Shown: positions 1 through 11,797, counted from the first letter of the stretch. The stretch: 64,000 bases of DNA from Octopus sinensis (GCF_006345805.1 NC_043001.1:83700001-83764000), one strand, 5' to 3'. Translations and numbers: made by a program. The notes: generated by a model from the sequence alone, not told the origin.

Positions 1-272
1 GCCTCTCGTCAACGCATGGTGAGAGGCAATTACCTTGAAACTATAGTCCGTATGTAGTACTTAGTTCTTCGAGGGAGGATGACCTCCCTTTGCAAATAAC
101 ACAAGGGCACTGAGATAGTGTCTAAAGTCCATCTGGTGACGTTGATCGCCTGGGGCTAAAAGCATCAGTAACACCCCACCCCCAGTGGCTAGCCACATTC
201 AGATGGCTAGTACACCTTACAATGATAATTTTATTTTCTCCAATCATTCGCAAACAAGGAATGAATAGGATA

Positions 273-714
273 TACTCTTTTACTCTTTTACTTGTTTCAG
301 TCATTTGACTGTAGCCATGCTGGAGCACCGCCTTTAGTCGAGCAAATCGACCTCAGGACTTATTCTTTGTAAGCCTAGTACTTATTCTATCGGTCTCTTA
401 TGCCGAACCACTAAGTGACGGGGACGTAAACACACCAGCATTGCTTGTCAAGCGATGTTGGTGGAACAAACACAGACACACAAACACACACACATACATA
501 CATACATACATACATACATACATACATACATACATACATGCATGCATATATACGACGAGCTTCTTTCAGTTTCCGTCTACCAAGTCCACTCAAGGCTTTG
601 GTCGGTCTGAGGCTATTGTAAAAGATACTTGCCCAAGGTGCCACGCAGGGGGACTGAACCCTGAACCATGTAGTTCGTAAGCAAGTTACTTACCACACAG
701 CCACTCCTACGCCT
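273..714 (-). mobile_element. tRNA-derived CORE-type SINE (family B here; octopus OR-like) with central microsatellite
   Basis: Head GGCTGTGTGGTAAG...GGTTCAGTCCC (A/B-box-like), CORE-like ACCTTGGGCAAGT, central (TACA)n and tail ending AAACAAGTAAAAGAGTAAAAGAG. Further copies at about 6049-6488+, 13331-13700+, 14343-14793-, 16640-17110+, 24582-24920+, 31210-31580+, 33795-34191-, 36136-36505+, 38015-38370-, 46238-46400+. Confidence 0.85.
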
Positions 715-869
715 ATATGTACAGGATTACTTTAAAATTAGTTTTTGTGAGCCTAGGCAAGGCTACCAGGAGCTCAGGCATTGGGAGCCAAGCTGGTCCG
801 GGGAAATAAAGTTTTTGAATTTCTATACTCCCAATCGTAATATTCGTTGTGTGAAACAAATATTTTTTA

Positions 870-1250
870 AGCAAGCAGTATAGCCCAGCTTTGCTCGGGC
901 TTGTTTTCTTTTCCACCCTTTAGAATTGGAATTTTTGAAAAGTAAAAATTTTGCATTATGTAATTTGTTATTCTCTTTAAGTGAACATTTTTCTGGTTGA
1001 AATACACAGAAAAATGACGACACAGCAGTCAAAAAATCGTAAAAAATAGGATGTTCATAGAAAAAAAAGCACCTTTTTGATGTAAATAATTTTTGGTGTT
1101 AACATGGTACGGAAGGAAGAACAAACCTTCTTCTATCATACTCTCAATTTTGGTCAACTTGCGCTGCAGGGTCTTGGAGGAGATAGTGTTAGTTGAAAGG
1201 TACTAAACTTGCCATACACAGACAACTTCAGTTTTATATAGAGAGAGATC
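870..1250 (-). mobile_element. Non-autonomous Helitron-like (Lep1/DINE-type) element
   Basis: Minus strand starts TCTCTCTATATAAAACTGAAGTTGTCTGTG and ends with the hairpin GCCCGAGCAAAGCTGGGC followed by a degenerate CTAG-like terminus (CTTG). Confidence 0.55.
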
Positions 1251-1949
1251 AAGGGAAGACATTACCCTTTTTCTTTCCCATGAGACATATCGAAGGACAG
1301 TTGTTCCAAAATTCTGCCGACATACTATTGCTTCTTTGTTTTATTAATTATACTTGTGCGTTTTGTATTTCCTAGCATACAATTCGAATACTCAAAACAA
1401 AATTTACAGCAGAAAAAAAAGGTAGGTCGACTTATACACCAAGACGAATTTGGAGAGCCAAATAATGGTTTCAAATTTTGACACAAAGGCCAGCAGGTTT
1501 GGAGGAGGGGCTAAGTCAATTAAATCGATCCCAGTGTTCAATTGGTACTTATTTTATCAACCCCCGAAAGGATTAAAGGCAAAGACGACTCCGGCGAAAT
1601 TTGAACTCAGAACATAAAGACGGGTAAAATGTCGCTAGGCGTTTTGCCCGGCGTGCTAACAATTCTATTAGCTCGCTGCCTGTGGAGAATCAAATATTAC
1701 ATGTGAAATTCAACAGAATTTAGAAAGATAGTGACTATTTTTGGATGTTTACACTAAATATTACATTGACTTGTGTTTCAGAAAACACGGTAACACAGTT
1801 ATGAATATGAATAACGCGTCCCCTTATATTTCTTAGCAAACCCTATTTCTTTCTACCTCTTAAGCTAAGAACAACCGTAGATGGCAGCAACGGCGGTCAC
1901 CAGTCAAATTTCTTATTATAGTTTTTTTTTTTTAAACCTTACAATGTTA

Positions 1950-2154
1950 CGGAGATGTACTTGCATAGCAAGTGATTTGATCTGAGATCGTGTGCTGGAA
2001 CGAAAACAATTGAAGCGTGGAAGGTGTTTGTAAGCCATTTAAAAAACACACAAAAGCCGTTCGATTCACTGCAACATTTAAGTTTAATTTGTCAAAATAT
2101 TTTCGTCGCTATAAGACAGCGACCTGTTCACTGACAAAAACCTGTGCTGCATCT
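1950..2154 (-). mobile_element. 205-bp retroposed element with 12-bp TSD carrying a variant hammerhead fold
   Basis: Direct repeat CTTACAATGTTA at 1938-1949 and 2155-2166; short terminal inverted repeat GAGATG(T/C)A; hammerhead fold at 2088-2138. Confidence 0.75.
2088..2138 (-). ncRNA. Type I hammerhead ribozyme-like motif, G3-C8 core variant
   Basis: Minus strand: TTTGTCA-GTGAACA-G-GTCGCT(gtcttat)AGCGAC-GAAA-ATAT-TT-TGACAAA. 7-bp stem I, 6-bp stem II, palindromic stem III. Confidence 0.65.
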
Positions 2155-2499
2155 CTTACAATGTTATTTTTAAAGAATTTATGGCGCTCTTGTTAATCTC
2201 TTGCAGCTCATAGTTTTAGAAGTATTGTTCTAGGCGCTAGCGTGGCTGAAATCTAAGAAGTTTGCTTCCCAACCGCACGGTTTTGGCTTCAGTCCCACTG
2301 CGTGACATCTTAGCCAAGTGTTTACAACCACAGCCTCGAGTCGACTCAAACCTTATGAGTAGTGGATTTGGTTGAGAGAAACTGAATGAAGCCCCTCATA
2401 TATATATATATATATAATTAATATCAGGGTAATAAAAAGTTTAGAAATGTTTACTACCAGTGGCCTAGCGTGTAGAAAAATTAGTCAATAGACTATATA

Positions 2500-2790
2500 T
2501 CATTCATATAAATACAGTGTACATTTAAACACATAAGAGGTATCCGTCACGGGATTCCTGGCACGCTAGAACGAACAGCCAAAATCCAAACCTAGCAAAT
2601 TATTTTATTTGCTAAAAACAAAATTAGAAACCATGGTCTAGGAGATAGATGGTAAATGTTTTTGTTTTTCATTCCCTTCGAAGTTTATCCCAAATAGTGG
2701 TTTTGATTTTGGTTGTTCCTTCTAAGAGTGCCATGAATCCTATGACGGATACCTCTTGTGTTTAAATGTACAATGTATGTATTTATATAT
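2500..2790. repeat. Foldback (inverted repeat) element, arms about 80 bp
   Basis: TGTACATTTAAACACATAAGAGGTATCCGTCA... versus ...TGACGGATACCTCTTGTGTTTAAATGTACA; a related single arm occurs at about 52177-52250. Confidence 0.75.
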
Positions 2791-3050
2791 CGATTATATA
2801 AAATCTGTTGTGTGTGTGTGTGAGTGTGTGTCTTCTAGGATCTCGGGCATCCTCCATCCGATTGCGCTCAAATTTGATATGTAGATACCGACGGTATCAG
2901 GGCGTATATAAGTCTTTAAAAAATTACAAAAATCGATTCTAGGTGAGAATGCGATCGATAAAGCCGTGAGAACGTGCATTTGACCGCGCAAGTACATCGG
3001 CTGTTGCGATCGATACTACGCGTACGCGAGAAAAATGCACGTGCAGTTTG
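2790..3050 (+). mobile_element. 5' part of a non-autonomous Helitron-like element
   Basis: TATATAAAATCTG + (TG)n + CCGATTGCGCTCAAATTTGATATG, the same 5' organisation as the 17319-18461 element. Confidence 0.45.
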
Positions 3051-3340
3051 CGCAAAAAAAGCCGGCTGGCTTGAAATAATGCCACAAAATGCAGTATATT
3101 TAAGAGACCAAAAAGTAAGATGCAAAAGAGATATTTTCTTCAAACTTGGCATGAAGGAAGGAAAGACTATTTGGTTTCCCAAGAAGTTTTTTTTGCCTTA
3201 ACTTCGTTTAACAAAACCAAAAATTTTATTGAAATAAAGACATGCTTAATTATTTTTTAAGGAAAAGAAAGCACTGATTGCTTTTTATTCAGCAGATATG
3301 ATTCAGCACCGTCCATTGGATGGGGAGGGGCGTTTTGCTC

Positions 3341-3364
3341 GTATATATATATATATATATATAG

Positions 3365-3427
<63 letters not shown>

Positions 3428-3431
3428 GTAT

Positions 3432-3463
<32 letters not shown>

Positions 3464-3501
3464 ATATGTATATAATATATATATATATATATGTATATAT
3501 G

Positions 3502-3533
<32 letters not shown>

Positions 3534-3534
3534 A

Positions 3535-3600
<66 letters not shown>
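3341..3600. repeat. (TA)n microsatellite
   Basis: About 260 bp of TA dinucleotide with rare interruptions. Confidence 0.95.
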
Positions 3601-3604
<4 letters not shown>

Positions 3605-3650
3605 GAATAAGCTGGAGTCAACAAGGAGTACAGAGGAACATTTATTTGTA

Positions 3651-3753
3651 ATCACTACAATTGTTTCTACGCAACGTAGTTCTCCATGTTCGCAGGTATT
3701 TGTTTATGTAACCGTTTCCCTACATTGTGAGATATTATGTTTCATCAGGTGAT
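3651..3753 (-). ncRNA. Type I hammerhead ribozyme-like motif with long stem II insertion
   Basis: Minus strand: ATCAC-CTGATGA-(about 75 nt)-GAAAC-AATT-GTA-GTGAT. Canonical core, 5-bp stem I, palindromic stem III (ACAATTGT), GUA cleavage triplet; the base of stem II is poorly paired. Confidence 0.55.
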
Positions 3754-3756
3754 ATA

Positions 3757-4300
3757 TTGGGTTGTCCGGAAAGTTCGTGCCGATTTTTAAAGGAAAGAAA
3801 AAGGTTAATAAATACTTGCCATTTCATTTTTAATCAACCAAATATGAACCACTTTGTTGCACAATGCGTCTCCATTTTCCCTTTAACTTGAAAATACTCT
3901 CTTCCCAGAATTGAGGTGGTTTCATGGCAAAGAATTCATCAAGGTATCTTTTTACGTCATCCAAGGAATTGAAATTTTTACCATTTAGATTATTCTGCAG
4001 AGACCTGAATAAGTGGAAATTCGAAGGAGCAATATCTGGTGAATATGGAAGGTGGGGTAACACATCCCAGCCGTGCTGCAGCAATTTTTGTCTGGTTCCC
4101 AAAGCATCAAGTGCCGAAAATGAACTTTCTTATCTTCCATTTTAAACGGTTACAGAATTAACACAGGTTATAGGAACATAAACCTTCTTTCACGAAAAGA
4201 TAGTTTAAACTGTGCTCTAAATGGAGGTGTAGTAAAATCCTATTTTATGGACTCAACCATGTTCTACTATAAATCGGCACGAACTTTCCGGACAACCCAA
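3757..4300 (-). mobile_element. Internally deleted mariner transposon
   Basis: Perfect 30-bp TIRs TTGGGTTGTCCGGAAAGTTCGTGCCGATTT (3757-3786 / 4271-4300) flanked by TA. Minus strand has transposase N-terminus MEDKKVHFRHLMLW fused by deletion to the C-terminal W.VLPH.PYSPDIAPS.FHLFRSLQ...W motif. Confidence 0.93.
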
Positions 4301-5039
4301 TATAAATATTGTTTCTGTGTTCCGTAAACTCACATTTTCGGCTTCAATTGCATCCTTTCTGTTTTGCGAAGCAGTAGTAATCACTCAGTATATCATTTTT
4401 TTTTTAATCTTGGTATATTGAATGGGTACTACAACCTCGCAAAACCACGACATGAGGTATGGGACTTCAACTCTAAACACCCTGCTACTAAATTTATTAC
4501 TCCAACTTTTTTTTTACCATTTATCTGTTCAAGTAAGACACAGGGAGCAGAATGTTAAAAAAAAAAAACCTGAAATTTTTAGAAAAAATATTTTTTTCAG
4601 AATCGTAATTCCTGTTATATAACAGGAATACTAGAGTAAAATAATAATAATTTTAAAAAATGAATTTTTTTTTCTCATGAGATGTAGAAATAAATTCTAT
4701 TCCGAAACTCCACCAAAACATCATCATCGATATGACGAACATTCCTCAATGTCATTAGTCGACCTGCTAGAAACAGTAGCCAGGTTTTATGTAATTCATA
4801 CTCATTGCGAAATATTGGAGCATGTATCAAATTTTAATAAACATGTTTTAAAAAAATGTCTAAAGATGGGGTTATCAAAGGATAATCAGAGAAGAAAGCG
4901 CAGCACCAGTGACCCGTCTTTTTTTTATAAAAGATTTTTTTTTTTTATTTAGAGTTTCTCTGACTGGTAGGAGGAAATGTAGAAGATATGCTCGAACATG
5001 CCTGTCGCTGAGGGTGCGCTGGACAGCACTGCTCTGTCA

Positions 5040-5330
5040 CTATTCAATAGTGCACTCTGAGATGCTAAAAGCATATATGAGTTAGGAGGGCTGCCTTGAA
5101 TTGCATCTGAGAAACTGAACACTGCTTAAAGCCTCCATGGGGTCAAGACAACAGGTTCGAATTGCTTCTAAGAGAGAGGACTCCACTAAAAGCATCCATG
5201 GGTCAAGACAGCTGGTTCGAATTGCTTTTAAGAAAGTGAACTCCACTAAGAACATCCATGTGTCTAGACAGTTGGTTGGAATGTTACAACAGAATAGATT
5301 TCGTTAAAAGCCTCCTTGAGTTAGGTAATG
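5040..5330 (+). repeat. Degenerate ~60-bp minisatellite (4-5 units)
   Basis: Recurring GAATTGC...CTCCACTAAAAGCATCCATGGGTCAAGACAGCTGGTTC at about 5098, 5159, 5219 and 5279. Confidence 0.75.
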
Positions 5331-5771
5331 GTGCAAAAGTGGACGAGAGATTAATCTATGACATAATTTCAAATTAGAAGTCTCATATTCCACACGAAAT
5401 CAAAATGATAATTTCTTCATTCATTTTCCCACTTTTCCCCCCATTTCTATTTCTTCTTTTTTACAATAGAAATTTCGATTCTCCGAAGAAAAAAGAAACA
5501 CCCACAATTTAAAGTTTTTCCATTTCATTCCTTGCTGCCATAAACTTTTCTTTTTCCATAAGATTTGTAACTTTTCATAGATTATCTTTTGCTTCATGGT
5601 TGACCTAGGAATGAATAACATCAACAATATTTTGAAAGCTTGCTTTACAACCCTTGGTTTCGAACTCAGTTCTACTGCGTGGTACTTTGGGAAAATGTCT
5701 TCTATTGACTTCGGAGCGACTGATGCCTTGCGAGTAAATTTCGTAGACGGAAATTGAAAAAGCCCGCCGTA

Positions 5772-5806
<35 letters not shown>

Positions 5807-5819
5807 TTCAAAATGTAGC

Positions 5820-6006
5820 AACAAGTGAATCGTTGGTGATTTTCTTCCTCCGTCTTCCCTTCTATTGGACTTTCCTCTGTTTCCGAAGAAGAGCGTCTGC
5901 TCGAAACGTTAAACCATCTTTCTGTCCTTCCCTGAGCGTCTACTAATACATTACTTGTACCACGTACTCGCGTTGCTGTTTTTTTTTTGTGTTTGTTCTT
6001 TTTGGG

Positions 6007-6010
<4 letters not shown>
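5820..6010 (+). mobile_element. ~200-bp PLE/retrozyme-like element with minimal hammerhead (5879-5914), inserted in (TA)n
   Basis: GTTT-CCGAAGA-A-GAGC(gtct)GCTC-GAAA-CGTT-AAAC (U4C variant). Homologous to 52538-52741(-), with partial copies at 40846-40938 and 46455-46550; flanked by (TA)n on both sides. Confidence 0.7.
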
Positions 6011-6038
<28 letters not shown>

Positions 6039-6212
6039 TATATATATAGCTTCGTTGTGTGGTAAGTAGCTTGCTTACGAACCACATGGTACCGGATTCA
6101 GTCCCTCTCAGTGGCACCTTGGAAAAGTGTCTTCTACTATAGCCTCGGCCCGACAAAGGCCTTGTGAGTAGATTTGGTAAACAGAAACTGAAAGAAGCCT
6201 GTCGTGTATGTG

Positions 6213-6271
<59 letters not shown>

Positions 6272-6718
6272 TGTGTGTGTGTCTCCGTGTCTATATTTGC
6301 CCCCCCCCCCATCACCGCTTGATAGCCAGTGTTGATGTGTTTACGGCTCTGTAACGTAGCAGTTCAGCAAAAGAAACAAACAGAATAAGTACCAAGCTTA
6401 AAAATAAAATAAGTACTGGGGTCGACTGGTTCGACTAAAATTCCTCAGGCCAGTGCCCCAGCATGACCGCAGCCTAATGACTGAAACATATATATATATA
6501 TATATAGGTATGTGCGTGCGCGTATGAGTCTCTATGTTTACCTTCCAGCCCGCCCTTGACAACCGCTGTTGGTTTGTTCATGTCCCCTAACTTATCAGTT
6601 CAACAAAAGAGTACGATGGGATAAGTACCAGACTTTACAAAAAAAAAAAGACAGAAACAAGAACTGGGGTTCGACCAAACCCTTCAAAGCAGGTCTCACA
6701 ATCCATTGTCTGAAACAA

Positions 6719-6752
<34 letters not shown>

Positions 6753-7366
6753 AGAAAGAAAGAAAATATAACAAATTTTTTTTTTTTTACGGACCTTGAT
6801 GCATTTGCTGCTCATTTCTTATCGCAAGAATGGATTAACGATTCCAGATGTTCCAGATATAGCAAAACTTAGAAAATACAGTAGCAGAGTCTGAAAACCT
6901 GGTCCTTAATCTGTGTGGTTAGGATGTGGAGTTTCTTGGTTTTCGATGTTTTATGTCTCACTGAAGTGGTTGTTGTCCTAAGTCGAAGGGTTTGCAATTT
7001 GCTTTGTATGTCTGTTTGTATTATTTCCTCTCTGTCCTTGCATCATTCTCTCTCTCTCTCTCAGGCTTTGTCTTTGTCCCTCTACTCTCATTGTCTTTTT
7101 TTCTCTTTCACTTTTACCCTTTCGTATCACACATTATCTCTTCTTTACGTGTGTGGGTGTGTAAATATGCAAACACACTTGTATGTATGTATGTATGTAT
7201 GTATGTATGTATGTATGTATGTGTGTGTATGTATGTATGTATATATGTATGTATGTATATATGTATGTATGTGTGTGTATGTATGTATGTATATATGTAT
7301 GTATGTATATATGTATGTATGTGTGTGTATGTATGTATGTATATATGTATGTATGTGGGCATACAG

Positions 7367-7418
<52 letters not shown>

Positions 7419-7869
7419 TACATATAGGCGCATACACTAATATTTTAACAAAATGCTCATAGCGCAATATACCTACAGCAATATACATACACAAATACGC
7501 CAAAAACTTTGCGCATACCTACACACATAAGGAAGCATACACACACATACACACACACACTTACTATATAAATATAAAGAGAGACTCTCATTCATATATA
7601 TACACACACACACAATATATCTTAAGTAGTTATTATAAAAGTTAAGGAGATTTTCAAATAGTCCCACCACGCATTGACACCTCCACCCCCCCCCCCCCCA
7701 TCCGAATTCTACCTCTCCACATTCAGCACCACCCTCACCCCCGTTACAACCACCACCATACTGCCGCCGTCTCCGTTACTCTCTACTTTCGCCGCCGCCA
7801 CCCCCACCCCCACCACCACTGCCACTACAAGCACCTCCATAACTGCTAACCCCATCTCCGCCGCTGACT

Positions 7870-7905
<36 letters not shown>

Positions 7906-8059
7906 CGTTGTTGCCATCCCCACTACCACTTTTAACAACACCTCTACCTACTACTTTTATCACCACACCTGCACCACCAATGCTTCAACTATCACCATTG
8001 CCTCACCACCACCACCACCACCACCACCACCACTGTCATTACTATCGGCATAACCGCAA

Positions 8060-8540
8060 AGGCGGTGAGCTGGCAGAAACGTTAGCACGCCGAGCGAAAT
8101 GCGTAGTCGTATTTCGTCTGTCGCTACGTTCTGAGTTCAAATTCCGCCGAGGTCGACTTTGCTTTTCATCCTTTCGGGGTCGATAAATTAAGTACCAGTT
8201 ACACACTGGGTTCGATATAATCGACTTAATCCGTTTGTCTGTCCTTGCTTGTCCCCTCTGTGTTTAGCCCCTTGTGGGTAGTAAAGAAATAGGTATTTCG
8301 TTTGCCACTACGCTCTGAGTTCAAATTCCGCCGAAGTCGACTTTGCTTTTCATCCTTTCGGGGTCAATAAATTAAGTACCAGTTACGCACTGGGGTCGAT
8401 ACAATCGACTTAATCCGTTTGTCTGTCCTGGTTTGTCCCCTCTATGCTTAGCCCCTTGTGGGCAATAAAGAAATAAGAAACGTTAGCACGCCGGGTGAAG
8501 TGCTTAGCGGTATTTCATCTGTCTTTGTGTTCTGAATTCA
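8060..8540 (+). mobile_element. tRNA-derived SINE family A (Meta-domain-like core), tandemly duplicated
   Basis: GGCGGTGAGCTGGCAGAAACGTTAG...GAGTTCAAATTCC...GCTTTTCATCCTTTCGGGGTCGATAAATTAAGTACCAG repeated in tandem. Other copies at about 1470-1680-, 19475-19680-, 24210-24405+, 25230-25642-, 35445-35865-, 41778-42014+ (TSD ATATAGGATCACT), 44190-44390+, 53816-54047- (TSD TGAAGTCAGCTTCT), 60463-60780+. Confidence 0.85.
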
Positions 8541-8595
8541 TAAACTTTGGCCCTGAGCCAAAAATTGAAATCATTATTATTATTATTATCATCAT

Positions 8596-9112
8596 TGAGT
8601 GAGAGAGCAGTGCAGGCCATCAAAGTGACACTGGGGTACGAAGTCTAGTATACCCATTATGACTATCCGTCTGATAAGGGTGCACCAGGTACATGCATCA
8701 CAACCATATGTGCGCGACATGGTGAACTCATATCAAGATAAACAGCGCATGACTTTGCAGGTGGGGCCCAATTAGAATTTTCTTCTGGTCAAGTAGCCCA
8801 TCCCGCTCAAAAGGTCCCTGAATAAGGATTGTTTAAGGATGTTGAACGAACCATCCATGTTTCCAAAGGTGAACTATCCAAACTTCTAAGAATTCCTCTC
8901 AACACACGGCTATGATGCTCTCCCACTACTTCTGCTCCTGATCAGAGATGCACATATCGTCAGCCACTAAGGGACAAGGTCAACTGGTTATGGTCAAACA
9001 ACTGACAAGTAGATCTGTGGTATTGAGCAGAATATTTGCGGTAGCCCATCTTTTATACCAAGACAAAACAATGTACATAATAACACTTCCAATCAGTAAA
9101 CACTTCCAATCA
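8596..9112 (-). mobile_element. ~520-bp non-coding element inserted in (AAT)n, 5'-truncated copy
   Basis: Close reverse-complement match to 22540-23072; bounded by (ATT/ATC)n on both sides. Confidence 0.8.
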
Positions 9113-9960
9113 ATTATCATTATTATCATCATTATCATTATTATTATTATTAAGGTACTGTACTGGCAGAAACTTTACCGGTCGGGACAAAATGCTCAGC
9201 GGCATTTCTTCCGGCTCTTTACGTGCTGAGCTCATACACCACCGTGGTGAAGTTTGCCCTTCTTTGAGGATGGATAAAATACGGTACCAGAGAACCCTTA
9301 ACTTTAATGTAATCGACTTTAGCCTTCTTTCTAAATTTACTTGCTTTGTGGCAAAACTTGAAACTTATTAGAAACATTACTACCATTCTTTATGTGTATC
9401 TACACACACACACACACACAAAACAGACACACACACACACTCACACAAAACACACACACACACATACAAAATACATACAAAACACACACACACACAAAAC
9501 ACACACATACAAATCACACACATATAACACGCACACACTCACACAAAACACACACACACACATACAAAATACATACAAAACACACACACACACACACAAA
9601 ACACACACACAAAACACACACATACAAATCACACACATATAACACGCACGCACAAAACATGCACTCACACACAAAACACACAAATCACACACACACAAAA
9701 CACACACACATACAAACACGCACACACACATACACACACAATACACACATGTATATAGTAAAGTATGCACATATCGAAATACAGCGCAACCCTACATCTC
9801 ATTGATTCAGTTATGATCCATAAAAGCACTCAAGTGGTTATTAAAATAGATAAATACGAGCCGTGGCACATATCTATTTAGAATCGATAAATGGTTCGAT
9901 CGCACTGAACGTATACCGCATAAAGTCAATATGGAATAAAACATCAGCAAACACCCGTGT

Positions 9961-10000
<40 letters not shown>

Positions 10001-10190
10001 TGTGTGTGTACAGATGTGCAAACACGCAGGCTTGTGCCTACGGTTTGTCAACATAAAGGCATGCTGGAACCTAACGACTCTGAAGAGTCACCGTCGAAAG
10101 TGTAATGGCCTTCGAACACAAGTGGACAGCTAACATTATCATCGTCCCCATCATTATTATCATCATCATCATCATCATCTACACACATTC

Positions 10191-10269
<79 letters not shown>

Positions 10270-10481
10270 CGTGTGTGTTTCCCTCCACCGCTTGACAACG
10301 GGTGTTGATATTTGACATGTTTACGTTCGGGTCACCTAGCAATTCGGTAAAAGAAACCGATTAAAAATAAGTTCTTGACTTTCAAAGTAGTGTACCACCA
10401 TGCAATGGTTCAATGACTGAAACAAGTGTGTGTGTGTGGTGTGTGTGTGTGTGTGTCGTGTATATATATATATATATATTT

Positions 10482-10611
10482 TTTATTTTATAGAAGGAGC
10501 TTCTACAGGACTAGAACTGTTTCATTCAGATGAAATCTTCAGGAAGCTTCCTGAAGATTCCATCTGAATGAAACAGTTCTAGTCCTGTAGAAGCTCCTTC
10601 TATAAAATAAA
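10482..10611. ncRNA. 130-bp near-perfect palindrome encoding a type I hammerhead fold on each strand
   Basis: Axis at AAG|CTT (10546/10547). Plus strand: AGCTTC-CTGAAGA-TTCCATCTGAAT-GAAA-CAG(ttctagtc)CTG-TA-GAAGCT. Arms differ at one position. Confidence 0.75.
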
Positions 10612-10677
10612 TTACTTTACTCTGCTATGTATTGAGTACCTTATTTACTGTGGTTAACCCCGACTCAACCCGGGACC

Positions 10678-10735
<58 letters not shown>

Positions 10736-10741
<6 letters not shown>

Positions 10742-11715
10742 GGTGGGTGGAATGTATCTAGGCATCAGAAATTGCTTATAGGATTTTTAGTATCACTGAA
10801 GTCATGACGAAAACATTTTTTTAAACAGACAACACTAATGGGGATTTCTTATTTTCTTATTGTCTTATCTCTTATTTCTTATTTTCCAGATGGTCGGTCG
10901 TTTGGTCGTTTGACTGTTCAGGAGCGAGCTGAGATAGCAGCACGCTATGAAGTGTGGAATTCTATTGTTTTGGTTCAGAGATAGTGGCGTGCATGGAAAG
11001 GCAAGCATGCAACACTATGTCCGGAGATAATAAAAAAGGTGTCATGCAAAGCTGATAGATGACCACGGGCTCTGTGAACGATAAATGAAGTGGCTGTCCA
11101 ACCACATCCCAATCAATGGAGAACGTGACAAAAGTGCAGGAAATGTTTAATCGCAGCCCGCAAAAATCAACACGTTAAGCAGTTCGTGAACGTTACACAA
11201 AAGGGGATAGGACCTCGCACACTGAAGGACTTGGAGACACGGATTCAGGAGGTTCTCAATGATATCCCAGACGACGTCCTTCACAAGGTTGTTCATTCCA
11301 TCTCTGGCTGTTTGCGGAAACTGGTTGACGCCACAGGTGCTTACGTTGAAATATGAAGATTTACTTTCATTTTCCCATGTAATAAAGAACATGTATCATT
11401 TGTTTCAATAAATTTGTAAAAGGAACACGGATTTTATTACCAATTTTTAATGCTTGTAGTGTGTGCGCGAAGTCCTTCCACACAGCCCCGACCCGAACAC
11501 TAACGATAGCAGCTGCTAGCCCAAACCCTTAGCGACGTCCTCACACGTCTTGTCACCTGCACGACCCACGTTGGAAAAGCACAATTGACCGCTCCCTGCG
11601 CACGCCTGACGGCTGACCCCTTCCTGTTGCCCCAGCTTCCGGTCAACGTACCCAGCTGCTGACGTCCAGCTGCTGATGTCATCCTACAATGCTTGCTTAC
11701 TTTTCACCCACCCTG
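10736..11715 (+). mobile_element. Degenerate, internally deleted Tc1/mariner-superfamily element (CAGGGTG-type TIR, DUF4817-like N-terminus)
   Basis: Degenerate TIRs (TAGGGTGG...GCATCAGAAATTG / CAATTTTTAATGCT...CACCCACCCTG) with TA flanks. Pseudo-ORF LTVQERAEIAARYEVWNSIVLVQR*W..., TGSVND, FNRSPQKSTR and C-terminal PRTLKDLETRIQEVLNDIPDDVLHKVVHSISGCLRKLVDATGAYVEI. Confidence 0.75.
11455..11688. mobile_element. Probable solo LTR (234 bp) inserted in the right TIR of the Tc1/mariner element
   Basis: Begins TGTAG and ends CTACA (TG...CA, 5-bp terminal IR); exact 5-bp TSD ATGCT at 11450-11454 and 11689-11693; markedly more GC-rich than its surroundings. Confidence 0.75.
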
Positions 11716-11797
11716 TATAAATACAAATCCGTCAGTAGTTCATATATCCGAAAAAGAAGCTCACTTTAAAAAATTCGAACAATAATATATTTTTGGA

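Noticed and set aside
3289-3655. Y/I-rich ORFs here and similar ORFs at 6915-7503, 9346-9805, 18291-19312, 45905-47660
   Set aside because: Translations of (TA)n, (CA)n and (TATG)n microsatellites, open in several frames on both strands.
3830-4102. Active transposase gene
   Set aside because: Only the termini of the mariner transposase remain; most of the DNA-binding and catalytic domains are deleted.
7674-8186. 170-aa Pro/Thr/His-rich ORF resembling a mucin or transcription-factor tract
   Set aside because: Made of (CAC)/(TAC) trinucleotide repeats running into a SINE; non-ATG start and no domain.
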